Positions 10,254 through 22,042 of a stretch of DNA of 64,000 nt are shown piece by piece (position 1 is the stretch's first letter; every line of letters begins with the position of its first letter). Under the pieces are notes generated by a model. That model was not told the DNA's origin. It ran no database searches and saw only the letters and a program-made list of their open reading frames with translations. The DNA is taken from assembly GCA_034521815.1 (NCBI GenBank), contig JAXHLW010000001.1, positions 279,907-343,906 on the forward strand. The letters are read 5' to 3'. The translations under genes and the position numbers were made by a program. This stretch comes from Trueperaceae bacterium (GTDB lineage: Bacteria > Deinococcota > Deinococci > Deinococcales > Trueperaceae).

Positions 10254-10314
10254 CGGAACGCTCGCCGACCGGACGCTCGCCGGCCGGACGTTCGCGGGCC
10301 GGACGCTCGCCGAT
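10254..10314. repeat. Four imperfect 15-bp tandem repeats in the ispF/EamA divergent spacer
   Basis: cggacgctcgccg(a/g)c-type units. Confidence 0.8.
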
Positions 10315-10335
10315 GCGCGTGGCATGATGGCCGCC

Positions 10336-11223
10336 ATGCCGTTTCCGCTCGGGGTCGCCGTTCTGGTGCTCGTCACGCTGATCTGGGGGACGACCTTCAT
10401 CGTCGTGAAGGAAACGCTCGAGGTGCTGCCGGTCCCGCTCCTGCTGGCGCTGCGGTTCTCCCTGGCCGCCGCCTGCTTCGCGTGGGTGCCGTTCCACAGA
10501 GCGGCGCTCCGGCCCGCGGCGATCCTGGGGCTGCTGGCGTTCGCCGGCTTCGGCACGCAAACGCTGGGCCTGTCGATCACCACCGCCTCGAAAGCCGCGT
10601 TCATCACCGGCCTGTCGGTCGTCCTCACGCCGATGGTCGCTGCTGCCTGGCTGCGGGTCGGCGTCCCCGCGCGAGCCTGGGCGGCCGCCTTCGTCGCCGT
10701 ATCCGGCTTGGCGCTGATGACGTTGCGAGGCGGCGTCGCTGGGGGCGAAGGGATGGACGGCGTCAACGGCGGCGACCTCTGGGTGCTGGGGACCGCGCTG
10801 GCGTACGCGCTGTACATCGTCTACCTCGGACGCGTCGCGGACGCGGCGCCGGCGCTGTCGCTGGCCGGCATGCAGCACCTGCCGATGGCCGCCCTGGCCT
10901 GGCTGTGGGCGATTCCGCACGTCTCGGTGTTGCCCACCGTGCCGCTCTCCGCCTACGGCGCGATCGTCTACCTGGCCGTGGTCTGCACGGCGCTCATCGC
11001 GGTCGCGCAGGTGTACGCGCAGCGCGTGGTGCCGGCCCACCTCGCCGCGCTGATCTTCGTCCTGGAGCCGGTGTTCGCCTCCGCCTTCGCGTTCGTGCTG
11101 CTGGGCGAGCGCCTGGGCGCCTACGGCTGGATCGGCGGAGCGCTGGTGGTGCTCGCGATGGGGATCGCCGAGCTGCGACCGAAGCGGCGCAGTGCCGCCC
11201 GGCGGGCCGCAGCGCGAGGCTGA
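10336..11223 (+). CDS. DMT/EamA-family transporter
   Basis: LIWGTTFIVVK, TASKAAFITGL, AALIFVLEPVFA...LLGE; about 10 hydrophobic helices. Start could also be 10324 or 10327. Confidence 0.9.
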   Translation: MPFPLGVAVLVLVTLIWGTTFIVVKETLEVLPVPLLLALRFSLAAACFAWVPFHRAALRPAAILGLLAFAGFGTQTLGLSITTASKAAFITGLSVVLTPMVAAAWLRVGVPARAWAAAFVAVSGLALMTLRGGVAGGEGMDGVNGGDLWVLGTALAYALYIVYLGRVADAAPALSLAGMQHLPMAALAWLWAIPHVSVLPTVPLSAYGAIVYLAVVCTALIAVAQVYAQRVVPAHLAALIFVLEPVFASAFAFVLLGERLGAYGWIGGALVVLAMGIAELRPKRRSAARRAAARG

Positions 11224-11251
11224 GGCCCGCCGGGCGCGGCTCGGCCGTGCG

Positions 11252-13195
<1,944 letters not shown>

Positions 13196-13316
13196 GAGCG
13201 CCTCCTCCGTGGCCGGGGCCGTGGACGCGTGCGCGGCAGGACGCCCGAATGCGCGGGTGGGCGACCTTGGCGTGGTCGTAGACGTGACGGCGAGCATACC
13301 GTACGCGCTCGCGGCG

Positions 13317-14831
13317 TCAGTCAGGACGCTCTCGCGACGCCCCGCGCTGCAGACGCTCCCAGACCACCGCCCGCCAGCCGCGCGGGATCTTCCACCAGTC
13401 GGTCGTGAAGATCACGAACACCGCCACCACCTCGAGCCGTCCCAGGTACATGGCGAAGGTCAGCAACACCTTGATGCCGTCGGGGAAGCCGGCGTAGCTG
13501 CCCATCGGTCCGACCTCCCCCAGGCCGGGGCCGATGTTGCCCAGCGTGCCGATCGCCGCCGTGAAGGCGGTGACGAAGTCGGCGCCGGACAGGGCCAGGA
13601 TCGCCGTCAGCGTGGCGAACACGGCGAAGTAGATCGTCAGGAAGGCGCTGACGGCGCGGAGCACCTCGTCCGGCACGGTGCGTGTGCCGAAGCGGACCGG
13701 CAGCACCGCTCGCGGGTGCAGCGTGCGACGGACCTCGCGGGCCGCATGCCGGGCGATGATCAGCAGGCGAACGACCTTGACGCCCCCGGCGGCGCTCCCC
13801 GCCGAGCCGCCGACGAACATCATCAGCACCAGCGCCACCTGCGCCGACGGGTCCCAGGCGGCGAAGTCGGTGGTGGCGTACCCGGTGGTGGTCACGATCG
13901 AGACGACCTGGAACAGGGCGTGGCGCGGCGCGTCGTCGCCGAACGCCGGCCACAGCATCCAGATCGCCACGGCGCCGGCCGCCGACACGATCGCGATGTA
14001 GGTGCGGAACTCGGGATCGCGCACCAGCGCGGACGGACGCCCCGAGAGGGCGCGGTACTGAAGCGCGAAGTTCACGCCGGCGAACAGCATGAACGCCGTC
14101 GCCACCCATTGGGCCGCCGCGGGCAAGGTCTGAAACGAGCGGGGCTCCGGGCTGAAGCCGCCCGCCGCCACGGTCGTGAACGCGTGGATCAGCGCGTCGA
14201 ACGGCGGCATGCCGGCCACCAGGTAGGCCACCAGGCAGGCGGTCGACAGGCCCAGGTAGACGAGCAGCACCGCTCCGGCGGTGTTGCGCAGGCGGGGCGT
14301 CAGCCGGTCCTCGCTGGGTCCCGGCGTCTCGGCGGAGAACAGCTGCCGCCCGGCGATCGCCAGCTGAGGAAAGACCGCGAGGAACAGCACCACGATGCCG
14401 ATCCCGCCGATCCACTGCGACAGCGCGCGCCATAGGAACAACGAGCGGCCGAACGCCTCGAAGCGAGCGCCGTCCAGCATGGTGGCGCCGGTGGCGGTGA
14501 AGCCGCTCATCGACTCGAACGCCGCGTCGGCCCACGGCAGGCCGCCGTCCAGAAGGTACGGGATCAGTCCGGCGATCGGAACCACCAGCCACAGCAGCAT
14601 CACCGACAGCAGCGTCTCGCGTCGCGACGGCTCGCCCTGGGCGCTGCCCAGGCGAACCAACAGCGACCCGCTGGCGCCGGCCAGCGCCGCCGCGGTCAGG
14701 AAGCCACGATTCGACTCGCCCAGCAGGGCGGCCAGCAGCGCGTGACCGGCCGCCAACGCCGCGACCCCCAGCAGACCGATGCCCACCACCCGGGGCGCGA
14801 ACCGGCCGCGGGGTCCTCGTCCCCGCTTCAC
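13317..14831 (-). CDS. trkH: Trk potassium uptake membrane protein (copy 2)
   Basis: [40 protein letters not shown]. Confidence 0.93.
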   Translation of the reverse strand: MKRGRGPRGRFAPRVVGIGLLGVAALAAGHALLAALLGESNRGFLTAAALAGASGSLLVRLGSAQGEPSRRETLLSVMLLWLVVPIAGLIPYLLDGGLPWADAAFESMSGFTATGATMLDGARFEAFGRSLFLWRALSQWIGGIGIVVLFLAVFPQLAIAGRQLFSAETPGPSEDRLTPRLRNTAGAVLLVYLGLSTACLVAYLVAGMPPFDALIHAFTTVAAGGFSPEPRSFQTLPAAAQWVATAFMLFAGVNFALQYRALSGRPSALVRDPEFRTYIAIVSAAGAVAIWMLWPAFGDDAPRHALFQVVSIVTTTGYATTDFAAWDPSAQVALVLMMFVGGSAGSAAGGVKVVRLLIIARHAAREVRRTLHPRAVLPVRFGTRTVPDEVLRAVSAFLTIYFAVFATLTAILALSGADFVTAFTAAIGTLGNIGPGLGEVGPMGSYAGFPDGIKVLLTFAMYLGRLEVVAVFVIFTTDWWKIPRGWRAVVWERLQRGASRERPD

Positions 14832-16336
14832 GGCGAGCTCCTAGGGCCGCGGCGACGCCACGCCGCGCGTCGACCTTGCCGGCCGCGAGGCAGCTTCCAC
14901 CAGTCGGCGGTGAAGACGACGAACACGGTCACCACCTCGAGCCGGCCGGCGTACATGGCGAACACCAGCGCGGCTTTCGCGGGATCGGCGAGACCGGCGA
15001 AATCGTCCATCGGCCCGACCGCGCCCAGGCCCGGCCCCACGTTGCCCAGCGTGGCCAACGACGCGGTCACCGCCGTCAGGTGGTCGGCGCCGTACGCGAT
15101 CAGCACGCCGGTGGTCGCCAGCATCAGCGTCAGGTAGAGCGTCAAGAAGGCGGTGACGGCCCTCAGGACCTCGTCCGGGACGACGCGGCGACCGACCCGC
15201 ACCGGCAGCACCGCGCGCGGATGAAGCGCGCGGCGCACCTCGCGCGCCGTGTTCTTGCCCGCGATCAGCAGGCGCACGACCTTGATCCCACCGGCCGCGC
15301 TCCCCGCCGAGCCGCCTACGAACATCAGCGCGACCAGGACCGCCTGCGCGCGTCCGCCCCACGCCTCGAAGTCCAGCGAGGCGTAGCCGGTCGTCGTCAG
15401 GATCGACATCGACTGGAACAGGGCGTGGCGCGGCGCGGCGGCGAAGCCGTGCTCGGGGAGGAGCAGAACGGTCAGCGCTGCGCTCGCGACCAGGCCGATG
15501 GCGATGTAGGCGCGGAACTCGGCGTCGGCGAGCAGCAGCCGGGGCCGGCCCACCAGGGCCCGGTACTGGAGCGCGAAGTTCGCGCCTGCGAACGTCATGA
15601 ACAAGATCGCCACCCACTGCGTGCCCGCGCCGAACGCCTCGAACGAGCGCGCCTCGGGGCTGAAGCCGCCAGCCGCCAAGGTCGTGAACGCGTGCGCCGT
15701 CGCGTCGAACGGGCCCATGCCGGTGGCGAGGTACCCGAGCAGACAGGCGACCGTCAGGCCCACGTAGACCGACAGCACCGCCCAGGCGGTGTTCCGCAAG
15801 CGCGGCGTGAATCGCTCCTCGTCCGGTCCGGGCGCCTCGGCCAGGAACAGCTGGCGTCCCGCGATCGCGAGGTGCGGGAAGACGGCGATGAACAGCACGA
15901 TGATGCCGACGCCGCCGACCCATTGCCCCAGCGCCCGCCACAGGAACAGCGTGCGCCCGAAGCTTCCGAAGTCCACCAGGACCGTCGCCCCGGTGGTGGT
16001 GAACGCGCTCATCGCCTCGAACAGCGCGTCGAGCGGTGGCAGCGAGCCGTCGAGCGCGAACGGGATCGCGCTGAACGCCGGTACCGCGATCCACAACAGG
16101 AGCACGGCCAGCAGCGACTCTCGGCGCGACGGCTCGCACCTGCTGCTGCCGCTGGCGAAGGCGATCGCTCCGACCAGGCCGGCCGCGACCGACGCGACGA
16201 GGAAGCCGGCGAAGCGCTCGCTGGCCAGCAACGCGGCCAACGCGAACAGCGCCGCGACGCTCGCGACACCGAGCAGGCCGATCCCCACCACGCGAGGTGC
16301 GAACCGTCCGCGCCCGCGGCGCTGGGCCACGGTCAC
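14828..16336 (-). CDS. trkH: Trk potassium uptake membrane protein (copy 1)
   Basis: FEAMSAFTTTGAT, GGFS, TTTGY, GSAAGGIK, GNVGPG, GRLE; GTG start right after the trkA stop. Confidence 0.93.
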   Translation of the reverse strand: MTVAQRRGRGRFAPRVVGIGLLGVASVAALFALAALLASERFAGFLVASVAAGLVGAIAFASGSSRCEPSRRESLLAVLLLWIAVPAFSAIPFALDGSLPPLDALFEAMSAFTTTGATVLVDFGSFGRTLFLWRALGQWVGGVGIIVLFIAVFPHLAIAGRQLFLAEAPGPDEERFTPRLRNTAWAVLSVYVGLTVACLLGYLATGMGPFDATAHAFTTLAAGGFSPEARSFEAFGAGTQWVAILFMTFAGANFALQYRALVGRPRLLLADAEFRAYIAIGLVASAALTVLLLPEHGFAAAPRHALFQSMSILTTTGYASLDFEAWGGRAQAVLVALMFVGGSAGSAAGGIKVVRLLIAGKNTAREVRRALHPRAVLPVRVGRRVVPDEVLRAVTAFLTLYLTLMLATTGVLIAYGADHLTAVTASLATLGNVGPGLGAVGPMDDFAGLADPAKAALVFAMYAGRLEVVTVFVVFTADWWKLPRGRQGRRAAWRRRGPRSSP

Positions 16337-16337
16337 C

Positions 16338-17687
16338 TCAGCCGCCCGGGCGTCGCTGCTGTCGCTCGAGCCACGCCTCGACCGCCGCGACGTTGTCGGG
16401 CGTGGTGACGATATAGAGGTGATCACCGTGCTGGAGGGTGGTGTCGCCCGAGGGGATGATCACCTTGTCGTGACGCAGGATCGCGCCGATGAGGCTGCGC
16501 GGCGGCGCTCCGAGATCCCGGATCTTGCCGACCTTGGCCTTGACCGGGTAGGCGACCTCCATCACCTCGGCGCGGTCCTCGATCGTCGCGAGGTGGTCGA
16601 CCTCGTCGAGCTGAAGCCAGTTGATGACCTCGCTCAGCGCGGCCGTCCGGGGCGTCAGGGGCGAGTCGATCCCGACCCGCTCGAACAGCCGCCGGTTGCG
16701 GCTGCGGCCCACGCGCGTCACGACCTTCGGAACGCCCAGCTGCTTCGCGAGCAGGCTGGCCAGCAGGTTCTTGCCGTCGTCGTCGGTGACCGCGACGACC
16801 ACGTCGCTGTCGTCCAGGCGCTCCTGCTCCATCAGCTCCAGATCGGTGCCGTCCCCGTGGAGCACCAGCGTGCCGGGAAGGAGCTGCGCGAGCTTCTCGC
16901 AGCGTGCCTCGTCGCCCTCGATGATCGTGATCCGCGCGTGCGCGTCCTGCAGCCGTTCCGCGACCATGAAGCCGACGTTGCCGCCTCCGATGATCGTGAC
17001 GCGGACGCGCTGCTTCCGGGGCGCGAAACGCTTCTCGACCGCACGGATGCTCTCCGTCGTGCCCAGGAACACGACCTTGTCCCCCGCACAAAGCACGGTT
17101 CGACCGGACGGCACGATGAAGGAGTCGTCGCGGATCGAGCCGACCAGCAGCGCGTTGGCCGGCACGTCGGCGTCCGCCAGGCTCTCGCCGACGAACGGGT
17201 CGTCCGGCTCGAGCCGGTACTCGCGCATGTGGAGGCGGCCATCGGCGAAGCTGGCGCTGTCGACCGCACGAGGAATCCGCACGATGTCGGCGATCTGGTT
17301 CGCGAGGATCCGCTGCGGCCACAGCACGTGATCGATCGACAGGCCGACGTGGGTCATGGCGCCTTCGCGCGAGAACGCGTCGAGGTAGCGCTGCCGCGAC
17401 ACGAACGCCAGCGTGCGCTTGGCGCCCAGGCCTTTGGCGGCCAGGCAGGCCAGGACGTTCACGTCGTCGTTCGCGGTGCAGGCGATCACCGCGTCGGCGT
17501 CGGCGGTGCCCGCCTCGGCCAGATCGTCGGGGTCGGCGCCGTTGCCCCGCACGAACCGCACGTCCAAGGTGTCGAACGACGAGCTGCGCGTCTCGTCCTG
17601 GTCGAGGACGGTCACGTTGTGTTGGCGGTGCAGCGCGGCGGCGATCTGGATCCCGATCTCGGCACCGCCGACGACGACGACGTTCAT
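16338..17687 (-). CDS. trkA: Trk system NAD-binding gating subunit (two RCK_N/RCK_C repeats)
   Basis: VVVGGAEIG and IIGGGNVG Rossmann motifs, GDGTD, two TrkA_C domains. Confidence 0.95.
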   Translation of the reverse strand: MNVVVVGGAEIGIQIAAALHRQHNVTVLDQDETRSSSFDTLDVRFVRGNGADPDDLAEAGTADADAVIACTANDDVNVLACLAAKGLGAKRTLAFVSRQRYLDAFSREGAMTHVGLSIDHVLWPQRILANQIADIVRIPRAVDSASFADGRLHMREYRLEPDDPFVGESLADADVPANALLVGSIRDDSFIVPSGRTVLCAGDKVVFLGTTESIRAVEKRFAPRKQRVRVTIIGGGNVGFMVAERLQDAHARITIIEGDEARCEKLAQLLPGTLVLHGDGTDLELMEQERLDDSDVVVAVTDDDGKNLLASLLAKQLGVPKVVTRVGRSRNRRLFERVGIDSPLTPRTAALSEVINWLQLDEVDHLATIEDRAEVMEVAYPVKAKVGKIRDLGAPPRSLIGAILRHDKVIIPSGDTTLQHGDHLYIVTTPDNVAAVEAWLERQQRRPGG

Positions 17688-17712
17688 ATGCGCGCCATCT
17701 TAGCCGACGCCG

Positions 17713-19263
17713 TCACGGACGCCGCGCCAGAGCGGCCGCGGCCGTCGCCAGCACCGTCGCTCCCGCCAGCAGCCACGGCGTGAGATGCCCGAAGCGCACG
17801 TACGGCGTCAGGACGTCCGAGCGGGCGAACTCCGCAGCCAGGGTGCCGCGGACGCCGCGGTCGAGCTCCGAACGCGTCCGACCGGTCGGATCCACGACCG
17901 CGGTGATGCCGTCGTTGCCGGCCCTGAGCAGCCAGCGCCGCGTCTCGATCGCGCGCAGGCGGCCCATGTCGTAGTGTTGGCGCGCTCCGCTGCCGCGCGC
18001 GAACCAGGCGTCGTTCGTCACGTTGATCAGCACGCCCGCTCCACGGCGGACCATCTCGCGGGGGATCGCGGGGAAGACCGACTCGTAGCACACGTAGGCG
18101 GCGACGGGCCCGGTGGCCGTCTGCAGCGGCGCGGGGCCGGGGCCGGGCACGGTGTTCTGCAGCAGGGGCAGGCCGAACACGCCGAAGACCGCCCGGTAGA
18201 ACGGCGCCGCGGCGTTCAGCAGCGGCCAGCGTTCGCCGAACGGCACCAGCACGTGCTTGTCGTAGCGGTCGGTCAGGCCTGCGTCGGTCATGGCGTAGAC
18301 GGCGTTCGCGCCACCGCCCTCGACGCGGGCCCGCCCACCCACGACGAAGGTCGACGTGGGCGAGGCCGCCTGGATCGCGGCGCGGGCCGGCTCGCCGCGG
18401 AACCCCTCGAGCGGGAAGCCCAGCACCGCGCCCTCGGGCCAGATCACCAGGTCGGGCGGCGCACCGGATCGCGCCACCTCCGACGCCGTCAGGTCGACGT
18501 GCACGTCCAGCTCTTGCGAGGCGCTGGCGGCGCGTCCGAACGGGTCCACGTCGCCCTGGACCAGCAGGGCGGTACGGTCGGGCTCGGGCAGCGCGGCCGT
18601 GATCCGCTCGCCACGCTGCGCCCCGCCCCACCACGCCCCCGCGAGCACCAGCACGGCCAGCGCAGGCGTCATGACGCGCCCGGCGCCCGAGGGTCGTGTC
18701 GTGCCGCCGTAGCCCCGACCGCCGGGCGCCGAGGCGGCGGGCACGAACGGCGCGGCCAGCGCGGCGGCCGTGGCGGCGACCAGCAGGCCCAGCCCGTGCA
18801 CGCCGACCACGTCCGCCCACTGCGCGACGGGCGTGCCCATCCAGCCGTAACCGAGGCTGCCCCACGGGAAGCCGAGAAAACCGAGGCCTCTGAGCCACTC
18901 GACCAAGATCCACAAGGGGGGCAGGATCAGAAGGGTGCCGCCGCCCCCTCGGCCGATCCAGCGCGCCAGCGCGGCGGTGCCGCCCCAGATCAGCCCCAGC
19001 GCCGCCAACAGGAGAGGAAACAGGACCCAGAACACCGGCCCCAACAGCACCGAGAAGCTCGCGGGCAGCCACAGGATGTGAAGCGCGAAGAGCCCGACCG
19101 CGGCCGAGGCGCCGATCACGAGCGCCTCGCGCGGTCCGGCCGACGCCGCGATCAGGCCGAAGATCACGGCCATCGCCAGCGGGAGGATCGGAAGAACGGA
19201 GGGAGGCAGGGCGACCGACGCCACGACGCCGGCGGCGGCGGCCGCCAGGGCTCGCACGGTCAC
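17713..19263 (-). CDS. lnt: Apolipoprotein N-acyltransferase
   Basis: EWLRG..FLGFPW, VQGD, IWPEG, YDKHVLVPFGE, CYESVFP, TNDAWF, RAGNDGIT. Confidence 0.95.
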   Translation of the reverse strand: MTVRALAAAAAGVVASVALPPSVLPILPLAMAVIFGLIAASAGPREALVIGASAAVGLFALHILWLPASFSVLLGPVFWVLFPLLLAALGLIWGGTAALARWIGRGGGGTLLILPPLWILVEWLRGLGFLGFPWGSLGYGWMGTPVAQWADVVGVHGLGLLVAATAAALAAPFVPAASAPGGRGYGGTTRPSGAGRVMTPALAVLVLAGAWWGGAQRGERITAALPEPDRTALLVQGDVDPFGRAASASQELDVHVDLTASEVARSGAPPDLVIWPEGAVLGFPLEGFRGEPARAAIQAASPTSTFVVGGRARVEGGGANAVYAMTDAGLTDRYDKHVLVPFGERWPLLNAAAPFYRAVFGVFGLPLLQNTVPGPGPAPLQTATGPVAAYVCYESVFPAIPREMVRRGAGVLINVTNDAWFARGSGARQHYDMGRLRAIETRRWLLRAGNDGITAVVDPTGRTRSELDRGVRGTLAAEFARSDVLTPYVRFGHLTPWLLAGATVLATAAAALARRP

Positions 19264-19312
19264 GCGCGCACGCTAGCACGCGCCCCCAAGGCCGCTGGTC
19301 GTGCTCCTCGGG

Positions 19313-20482
19313 TCACGACGTCGGCGTGCCCGACGCGTCGTCCTGGTGCGGTCCGCGCAGCAGCGACGCCACGAGCGCCGTCCGCTCGAGCGTCTCCCGG
19401 ATCCGAACGTGCTCGTTCCGGGCGTGCGGGCCGCCGCCGATGGCGCCGAGGCCGTCGAGGGTCGGAACGCCCAGCGCGGAGGTGAAGTTCCCGTCGGAGC
19501 CGCCGCCGACGACCGCCTCGCCGAAGGCGAGTCCCAGCGTTCGCGCGTGCGCTCGTGCCTCGTCGAGCAGCGCCCCGTTTCCCGGGGTCGGCTCCATCGG
19601 CGGTCGGTTCAGGCCGCCCACCATCTCGACGCGGACCCGGTCGTCGTACGGACGATAGGCATGCAGCTCGCTCAAAACCCGGCGACTCTCGTCCATCGTC
19701 GCGAACCGGAGGTCCACGCGCGCCGTCGCCGATTCCGCGATGACGTTGCCGGCGCTTCCGCCCGAGGCGACGGTGACGTTCACGGTGGTGCCGTTCGGCA
19801 CGTCGGCCAGCGCTTCGGCGGCCAGCAGGAAGCGGGCCATCTCCCGCAGCGCGCTTGCGCCCTGCTCGGGGTTCAGGCCCGCGTGGGCGCTGCGTCCGGT
19901 GAAGCGGACGGTCATGTCGCCCACCCCCTTGCGGCCGACCTTGAGCGCGCCGTCGTCGCGACCCGGCTCGACGACCAGGACCCGCGCGTGACGAACGGCC
20001 TCGGCCTCGATCGCTGCGCGCGAGTGAAGGCTGCCGGTCTCTTCGTCCGAGCTGACGAGCAGCGTGACCGGTCCACGGAGCGAGCCGGCGGCGCGGGCGG
20101 CGCGAGCGGCGTGCACGGCGTTCGCGATCCCGGCCTTCATGTCGAGCACCCCCGGACCCCGCGCGACGTCGCCGTCGCGCGACCACGGCATCTCCGCCAA
20201 GGTTCCCAGCGGCCAGACGGTGTCGTAGTGCGCCAGGATCAGCGTCCCGTCGTTCGGATCGTCGCCTTCCAGGCGCCCGATCACGACGTCGCCGACATCG
20301 TCGCGTGGCGAGCGCTCCACGCTCCAGCCGTCCCGCGTCAGCAGTGCGACCAGCGCATCGGCGACGCGGTCGGCCGCCTGGGCATCGTGGCTGGGGGACT
20401 CGAGCTCGACCAGCGAGCGCAAGGTGTCCAAGAAGGCCGCCTCGCCGGCGAGGACGGACGGAAGAAGGTCGGGGCTGGACAT
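19313..20482 (-). CDS. M20-family metallopeptidase (glutamate carboxypeptidase-like)
   Basis: LAHYDTVW, GPGVLDMKAG, DEETGS, SAHAG, GGSDGNF, DGLG..GGGPH...E. Confidence 0.92.
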   Translation of the reverse strand: MSSPDLLPSVLAGEAAFLDTLRSLVELESPSHDAQAADRVADALVALLTRDGWSVERSPRDDVGDVVIGRLEGDDPNDGTLILAHYDTVWPLGTLAEMPWSRDGDVARGPGVLDMKAGIANAVHAARAARAAGSLRGPVTLLVSSDEETGSLHSRAAIEAEAVRHARVLVVEPGRDDGALKVGRKGVGDMTVRFTGRSAHAGLNPEQGASALREMARFLLAAEALADVPNGTTVNVTVASGGSAGNVIAESATARVDLRFATMDESRRVLSELHAYRPYDDRVRVEMVGGLNRPPMEPTPGNGALLDEARAHARTLGLAFGEAVVGGGSDGNFTSALGVPTLDGLGAIGGGPHARNEHVRIRETLERTALVASLLRGPHQDDASGTPTS

Positions 20483-20523
20483 GCCGGGCATGGTATCTGG
20501 ATCGCCGGTCCGGGGGCGTCGCG

Positions 20524-20898
20524 TCAGTCCGTCGCGGCGTCGGTCCGAGGGTCGGGGGTCCGACGGTCGCTCGCTTCCCGGCGCTCGGACGCGCGCCGGC
20601 GCTCGCGCCGCATGCGTTCCGCGAGGTCGCGCACGTGCGGCTCCTGCGTGGTTCGAGCGTAGCTGTAGCCCAAACGGAAGTCCGCGTCGGCCCGCTCGGG
20701 GTCCACGTCGGCCTCGATCCGGGCGCGCGACAGGTACACCTGAGCCAGCAGCACGTCGCGCATGCGCTGCGGCTTCACGGCGTGGAGGTCGAGGAGCGCC
20801 TCGTGGTAGGCCACGGCCGCGCCGCGCAGGTCGCCGCGATCGGCCAACGACGTGCCCCGCTTGAAGTGCCTCGCAGCGCTGAACAGAAGCTCACGCAC
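20524..20898 (-). CDS. Small helical hypothetical protein (TPR-like)
   Basis: Helical pattern HFKRGTSLADRGDLRGAAVAYHEAL; preceded by TAGACT-N6-GTG. Confidence 0.65.
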   Translation of the reverse strand: MRELLFSAARHFKRGTSLADRGDLRGAAVAYHEALLDLHAVKPQRMRDVLLAQVYLSRARIEADVDPERADADFRLGYSYARTTQEPHVRDLAERMRRERRRASERREASDRRTPDPRTDAATD

Positions 20899-20946
20899 GA
20901 CGCGAGTCTACCGCGACGCGGGACCACCGTCGCCCGTGATCGGGGC

Positions 20947-20990
20947 GCGTCGGTTCCTGCGTCGGTTCCTGCGTCGGTTCCGGCGTCAGT
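20947..20990. repeat. 12-bp tandem repeat
   Basis: gcgtcggttcct x3 plus a partial fourth unit. Confidence 0.9.
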
Positions 20991-21981
20991 CCGCGGCGTC
21001 GGTCGTCGGCGCGGCGAAGGGGCGCTCCAGCCCCTCGCGCGCGGCGTCGCGCGCCGGAGCGGGAGCCCACGACAGCGCCAACACGCCGCGATACGACCGC
21101 TTGGCGTCGTCACGCCGACCGTCGAGGTCGTAGAGCTGGCCCAGACGTGCCAGCAGCCAGCCGGGCAGGTAGGGGGGCTCTGAAAAGTCGCCGCGCACGG
21201 CGTCTCGCAGCACGGCCAGCGCTTCGGCGGCGTGACCGTGCTTCAGCAGGACCTCGGCCTCGGCCAGGCGGGCCTCGGCCGCGTCGATCTCGCGCAAGGC
21301 GGCGATCAGGCCCGCTGCGTCGTCCGCCTCGCCGGCGAACGCGGTATCCAGCAACGCCCGCTGCCGAGCGGCGGCGCTGGGAGGCACGTCGGCGGCGTCG
21401 GAGGCCGCCTCGGCCAGTCGGCGCGCCAGGACGGGAAGGTGATCGACCGGGCTCAGCACCAGCGTGCGTCGGTCCGACCACGGCGCCAGCCGCTCGACCA
21501 TGCGGTCGACGCGCTGCTCCAGCCAGTCGCTGCCCGGGCCGTCGCCGAAGAGCTCGATGCGCGCGTCGTGAAGCGCGGCGACGGCGGGCAGAAGCTCGTT
21601 CTGGATCCGCGACAGATCGAGGGCGCGCGCCAGCAGCTCCTCGAGCGGCCCCCGGACCTCGGCGAGGCGCCGGAGCGCCGGGTGATCCTCGGCGGACTGA
21701 GCCAGGTAGCGAACGAAATCGGCTTGCGCGGTGGGATCGGGGGACGGCTCGCCGACCTCGGCGAGCGGGACGCCGGCGTCGCGGGCCCAGCGCACGACCG
21801 CCTGTAGGCCGGGCTCGTCGACGTCCTGCCAGGCGGGGTCGTCCAGCGCCCCGGGCGGCAGGGCGGTCGTCACGACCGCGTCGGGCTCGGCGGCGGCCAC
21901 GATCTCGAGGACGGTGATCGCGTTGTAGCGCGGGAAGCGTCGGTGAAAAGGACCGACGAGCGGCACCAGCGAAAACGGCAT
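20986..21981 (-). CDS. Hypothetical protein with C-terminal TPR
   Basis: Start MPFSLVPLVGPFH after TACCAT-N6-ATG; C-terminal WLLARLGQLYDLDGRRDDAKRSYR is TPR-like. Confidence 0.8.
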   Translation of the reverse strand: MPFSLVPLVGPFHRRFPRYNAITVLEIVAAAEPDAVVTTALPPGALDDPAWQDVDEPGLQAVVRWARDAGVPLAEVGEPSPDPTAQADFVRYLAQSAEDHPALRRLAEVRGPLEELLARALDLSRIQNELLPAVAALHDARIELFGDGPGSDWLEQRVDRMVERLAPWSDRRTLVLSPVDHLPVLARRLAEAASDAADVPPSAAARQRALLDTAFAGEADDAAGLIAALREIDAAEARLAEAEVLLKHGHAAEALAVLRDAVRGDFSEPPYLPGWLLARLGQLYDLDGRRDDAKRSYRGVLALSWAPAPARDAAREGLERPFAAPTTDAAD

Positions 21982-22042
21982 GACGTCATGGTACCGTCCC
22001 TGCGCGGGACTCTCGTGTCCACGAGGCCTGAGAGGAGGCGGC

